Shown: in pieces, positions 26,261-29,644 of the stretch
How positions within the stretch are numbered: the first letter of the stretch is position 1
Layout of the letters: every line of letters begins with the position of its first letter
DNA from: an uncultured Pseudomonadota bacterium
GTDB lineage: Bacteria > SAR324 > NAC60-12
Assembly: GCA_913020725.1 (NCBI GenBank)
Contig: CAJWCD010000027.1
Span: 1 to 29,644 of the forward strand
Direction: 5' to 3'
Length of the DNA stretch: 29,644 nucleotides
Position numbers and translations under genes: made by a program
The notes under the pieces: generated by a model
The model's input: the letters and a program-made list of their open reading frames with translations, nothing else
What the model was told of the DNA's origin: nothing
The model's database searches: none

Positions 26261-26800
26261 TCAGCGCCAGCCGGAACCAGCCGGTTCCTGCAAAATCTCC
26301 GCATAGCGTTGCGCGCGTTCCATGTAGGTCGTGGAGGCGCGGTTGATGGTCTTGAGCACGGACTCGTCGTAGGTTTTCCGGACCTTGGCCGGAGAGCCAA
26401 CCACAAGGGAAAACGGGGGGATCTCCGTGTCTTCCAGAACCACCGCTCCCGCTCCAACGATGCTGCCCCGACCGATGCGGGCGCCATTCATCACCACCGC
26501 TCCCATGCCAATCAGGCAGTCATCCTCGATCACACAACCATGAATCACACACTGGTGACCAATGGTGACGCGGTCTCCCAGCACCAAGGGTTTGCCGGGG
26601 TCGATGTGGCAGACACTCAAGTCCTGAATGTTACTGTCCTCGCCAATCGTGATTGTGGCCTCGTCGCCACGCACCACGCAGTTGAACCACACCGAGCTTC
26701 TGGCCCCAATGGTCACTTTGCCAATCACGCAGGCGCCGGGGGCGAGATAGACGGATTCGTGCAGTTGTGGGAGGTGTTCTCCAATGCTGTAAATCGGCAT
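26261..26800 (-). CDS. Gamma carbonic anhydrase-like hexapeptide-repeat protein
   Basis: VIGKVTIG..SSVW...VRGD, NIQD...H, VTIGH...IHGC, LIGMGA. Confidence 0.94.
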   Translation of the reverse strand: MPIYSIGEHLPQLHESVYLAPGACVIGKVTIGARSSVWFNCVVRGDEATITIGEDSNIQDLSVCHIDPGKPLVLGDRVTIGHQCVIHGCVIEDDCLIGMGAVVMNGARIGRGSIVGAGAVVLEDTEIPPFSLVVGSPAKVRKTYDESVLKTINRASTTYMERAQRYAEILQEPAGSGWR

Positions 26801-26834
26801 TTTCTTTCCAGTGGGTGGTGTTGATTAACCGTTT

Positions 26835-26942
26835 TTGCTCAATGCGGGTGATCAGCCGCGCCAGCGTCCGCGTGTTGCCCGCCCGCACTCCGGGCGCCAA
26901 CTCCAACGAGGGGGTTGGTCCGCATTTTTTGGAGGCTGTCAC
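26835..26942 (-). pseudogene. N-terminal relic of a MeaB/ArgK-family GTPase
   Basis: SLELAPGVRAGNTRTLARLITRIEQ matches the MeaB N-terminal helix; the P-loop and the rest are missing. Confidence 0.65.
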
Positions 26943-27077
26943 ACTTCCAACTGCGCACTGAGGATGCGGAAGAGGTCGCGGTCGTCAAGCACCCGTCGAG
27001 CCTCGAAATCGGTACGAGGGATGGAACCGGATTCGGCAATCTCACCTTGGCCGCACACCCAGCACCTTCTGCAACTC
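26939..27077 (-). pseudogene. C-terminal relic of a phenylacetate-CoA ligase (PaaK)-like gene
   Basis: ELQKVLGVR / frameshift / EIAESGSIPRTDFEARRVLDDRDLFRILSAQLEV*; the stop overlaps the GTG of the MeaB relic. Confidence 0.6.
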
Positions 27078-27202
27078 GGAGGTTGCTTTGTTCCGGAATC
27101 CGTCTAGGGTTTCGGTTCCGCGAGTGTGCAGAACCTCCACCTTACCCTCACAGAAGATTAGCGCGGATTTTGGAGAACGTCAAAAATTCCACAAGAGGAC
27201 TA

Positions 27203-27230
27203 TTGCATTGCCCGGAAATACACTTACAAT
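27203..27230 (+). promoter_or_regulatory. Candidate sigma70 promoter of the acyl-CoA ligase
   Basis: TTGCAT-16 bp-TACAAT about 45 bp upstream of the ATG. Confidence 0.4.
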
Positions 27231-27275
27231 GGACAAGCGTGTGGAAACATAGACCACCACAATCGGGAGAGGACC

Positions 27276-29063
27276 ATGGGTGAAGTCAAGATTCAGTACC
27301 AGAACTTGGTGGAGATGCTGGAGGACTCCGTGCAGAAGTATGCGGATCGTCCGCTCTACGGAACCAAACGAGGTGGAGCATACGCTTGGACGAGCTATCG
27401 TGAATTCGGAAAACTGGTCGAGCAGTTCCGGGGCGGACTCGCCGCGCTGGGTGTGGAGCCGGGGGACAAGGTCGCGGTCATCAGCCGCAACACCTTGCAG
27501 TGGGCGGTGGGGGCGTATGCGACCTACAGCCTTGGCGCGCAGTATGTGCCAATGTACGAAACACAACTGCTCCGGGAGTGGGAGTTCATCACCCGCAACT
27601 GCGGAGCGCGGGTGTTGCTAACCGCAAACTCTGAAATTTACGAACAGACCAAGACCTTTCCGGAACAGATCAGCTCGATGCGGCACGTCGTGCTGCTGGA
27701 AGGCAGCGGCGCCGAACAGACCTTCGATCGGCTCTGTGTGGTCGGCGAGCAAGTACCCGCCGCATCCAGTTCTCCAGAACTGGACGCGCCGATGGGCATG
27801 ATCTACACCTCCGGAACCACGGGACACCCCAAGGGGGTCGTGCTGAGCCACAAGAACATGCTCGTGCAAACTGCCGCAGGCATCCCGCTGTTGCGCAAGG
27901 GCTGGGAACCCGCCGAGATGAAAACCCTCTGTTTCCTGCCATGGGCGCATATCTTCGGACAGGTCGCCGAGGTTCATGGACTCATTCAAGAAGGCGGCAG
28001 CGCCGCGCTCGTTGAAGACGTCAACACCCTTGTGGACGAACTGGCACTCGTCCAGCCCACCGTGCTCTTCGCCGTGCCTCGCGTGTACAACCGCATCCAC
28101 GAGCGCTTGCAGGGCCAGATGAAGGAGAAACCCGGATTCATTCAAAACCTGTTCTACGGCGGACTGCGCCGCGCCAAGTTGGAGCGCGCAGGACAACCGT
28201 TGAGTGGAATGGATCGGCTGCTGCTCGGCCTTGCCCGCAAGATTGTCTTCAAAAAGGTGCAGCAACGCTTCGGCGGCAACCTGCGCATGGCGGTCAGTGG
28301 GGCGAGTGCGCTCAGTCCAGAGGTCGCAGAGTTCGTCAACGACCTCGGCATTGACGTGTACGAGGGCTACGGTCTCAGCGAAAACACCGCCGCTCTCACG
28401 ATCAACTACAAGGGCAACCGCAAATTCGGCTCGGTGGGCAAGCCGATTTCTGGAGTGCGCATTGAAATTGACAAATCCGTAGAAGGCTCCAAAGCCGAAG
28501 ATGGCGAGGTGATTGCCTATGGCGAGGTCATCATGTTGGGCTACCACAACCTCCCGGAACTGACAGAAGCCACCATCACGGCAGACGGAGGCCTGCGCAC
28601 CGGCGACCTTGGACACCTCGATGAAGAGGGCTACCTCTACATCACCGGGCGCGTCAAGGAACAGTTCAAACTGGAGAACGGCAAGTACGTCGCCCCGGCC
28701 CCGTTAGAGGAATCCCTCAAGCTCAGTCCCTTCATCAACCAGATCCTCGTCACCGGGCTCAACCGCCCCCACACGGTCGCGCTGATTGTCGTGGAAATGG
28801 AGACGGTGGAGGACTTTGCGGTTTCCGAAAGCCTCGGCGGAAGCGGCGAGGCGTTGCTTCAGGAGCCGCGCATCCGGGAACGCCTTCAGCAGGAACTCAC
28901 CCGCTACGGAGCCGACTACGCCGGCTTTGAGCAGCCCGAAAATTTCGCACTGCTCGCCGAGGAGTGGAGCATTGACAACGGCCTGCTCACCCCCACACTC
29001 AAGCTCAAGCGCACTGTCGTCGAGGACCAGTTCCAAACACAAATTGACGCGCTCTACGGTTGA
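27276..29063 (+). CDS. Long-chain fatty acid-CoA ligase (AMP-dependent synthetase)
   Basis: IYTSGTTGHPKGV, EGYGLSE, TGDLG, ITGRVKE...NGKYVAP, LTPTLKLKR. Confidence 0.94.
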   Translation: MGEVKIQYQNLVEMLEDSVQKYADRPLYGTKRGGAYAWTSYREFGKLVEQFRGGLAALGVEPGDKVAVISRNTLQWAVGAYATYSLGAQYVPMYETQLLREWEFITRNCGARVLLTANSEIYEQTKTFPEQISSMRHVVLLEGSGAEQTFDRLCVVGEQVPAASSSPELDAPMGMIYTSGTTGHPKGVVLSHKNMLVQTAAGIPLLRKGWEPAEMKTLCFLPWAHIFGQVAEVHGLIQEGGSAALVEDVNTLVDELALVQPTVLFAVPRVYNRIHERLQGQMKEKPGFIQNLFYGGLRRAKLERAGQPLSGMDRLLLGLARKIVFKKVQQRFGGNLRMAVSGASALSPEVAEFVNDLGIDVYEGYGLSENTAALTINYKGNRKFGSVGKPISGVRIEIDKSVEGSKAEDGEVIAYGEVIMLGYHNLPELTEATITADGGLRTGDLGHLDEEGYLYITGRVKEQFKLENGKYVAPAPLEESLKLSPFINQILVTGLNRPHTVALIVVEMETVEDFAVSESLGGSGEALLQEPRIRERLQQELTRYGADYAGFEQPENFALLAEEWSIDNGLLTPTLKLKRTVVEDQFQTQIDALYG

Positions 29064-29276
29064 GCAGGTGCACCGTGCCACGCAAACGGGCCAACGCCGC
29101 GGACCTCGCGGATCAAAAACCCAAGCATCCGTGAACCTCCGCGCAAATCTGTGGCGGAAGAACTGAAAACCGACCACCGAAAACAAAAAAGCCGAACACG
29201 CTCCAAACAGGGAACGAGTCGGCTGACGAGGAAAAGCATGGTCTGATTGTGCTTGCCCGGCTCTTGCTGCTTCCCG

Positions 29277-29644
29277 TTAGCTCGTCGCCGGAAGTGGTGC
29301 CGATTGGGACAGGGCTTCTTTGCGGGATTCTAAACGGCGAATAACTTCGGCAACCACCTGTTCCATCAGCGCATTTTTTCTGCTTTCCTCCGTTTTTGCC
29401 AGAGCCTCCAGCGTGTCCTCCTTGGCCTTGCGGACGATGGTGCGGCGGTCCCACCAGGCATAGCCCAGCATCGCAAGGAAGAACGCGGTGAAGATCAGCA
29501 TCACCTGCTCAAAGCGCTGGTTGATGTCCTCACGCTGTTCCACAAAGCGCCGATTTGTGGACTCCATGAACATCTGGAGCGTGGTCTCCATGCGCACCAT
29601 CCGCTCCCGGTCCGCTTGCGTGAAGCCAAACTTGCTGCGCCTGA
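29277..29644 (-). CDS. Coiled-coil plus single-TM hypothetical protein, 5' end probably beyond the window
   Basis: FTQADRERMVRMETTLQMFMESTNRRF...INQRFEQ, TM helix, WDRRT; the frame is open to the window edge. Confidence 0.7.
   Translation of the reverse strand, partial: RRSKFGFTQADRERMVRMETTLQMFMESTNRRFVEQREDINQRFEQVMLIFTAFFLAMLGYAWWDRRTIVRKAKEDTLEALAKTEESRKNALMEQVVAEVIRRLESRKEALSQSAPLPATS

Noticed and set aside
25781..26824. 347-aa ORF as an intact response regulator
   Set aside because: Only the first ~55 aa are receiver-like; the remainder is low-complexity or antisense to the gamma-CA gene.

Overview
GC-rich bacterial chromosomal window. The gene content (fliW-csrA-flgL-flgK-flgN-flgM-short flgJ-flgI, sigma54/sigma28 promoters, CIRCE) fits a deltaproteobacterial-type lineage, but the taxon cannot be fixed from sequence alone. 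It opens with a two-repeat CRISPR-like unit and a perfect GTAG-type palindrome. Next come a CIRCE-controlled hsp20, metabolic genes (2OG-Fe(II) oxygenase, GNAT, TlpA-like redoxin, GGT, aminopeptidase P), an 839-aa unknown protein with several receiver-like segments ahead of trkH, moaA behind a Moco RNA motif, and a late flagellar cluster headed by a sigma54-driven VWA gene. A decaying accessory zone (about 25.5-27.1 kb) holds a 238-bp TIR/TSD-bounded palindromic element, a receiver-domain relic, a frameshifted SutA-like ORF missing from the ORF track and a PaaK-like/MeaB-like operon relic. An acyl-CoA ligase and a partial membrane-protein gene close the window. The best novelty candidates are the CRISPR mini-array, the multi-stem flgM leader RNA, the MITE/REP hybrid element, the 839-aa protein-TrkH pair and the VWA flagellar neighbour. 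All family assignments come from motif recognition by eye; no searches were run.
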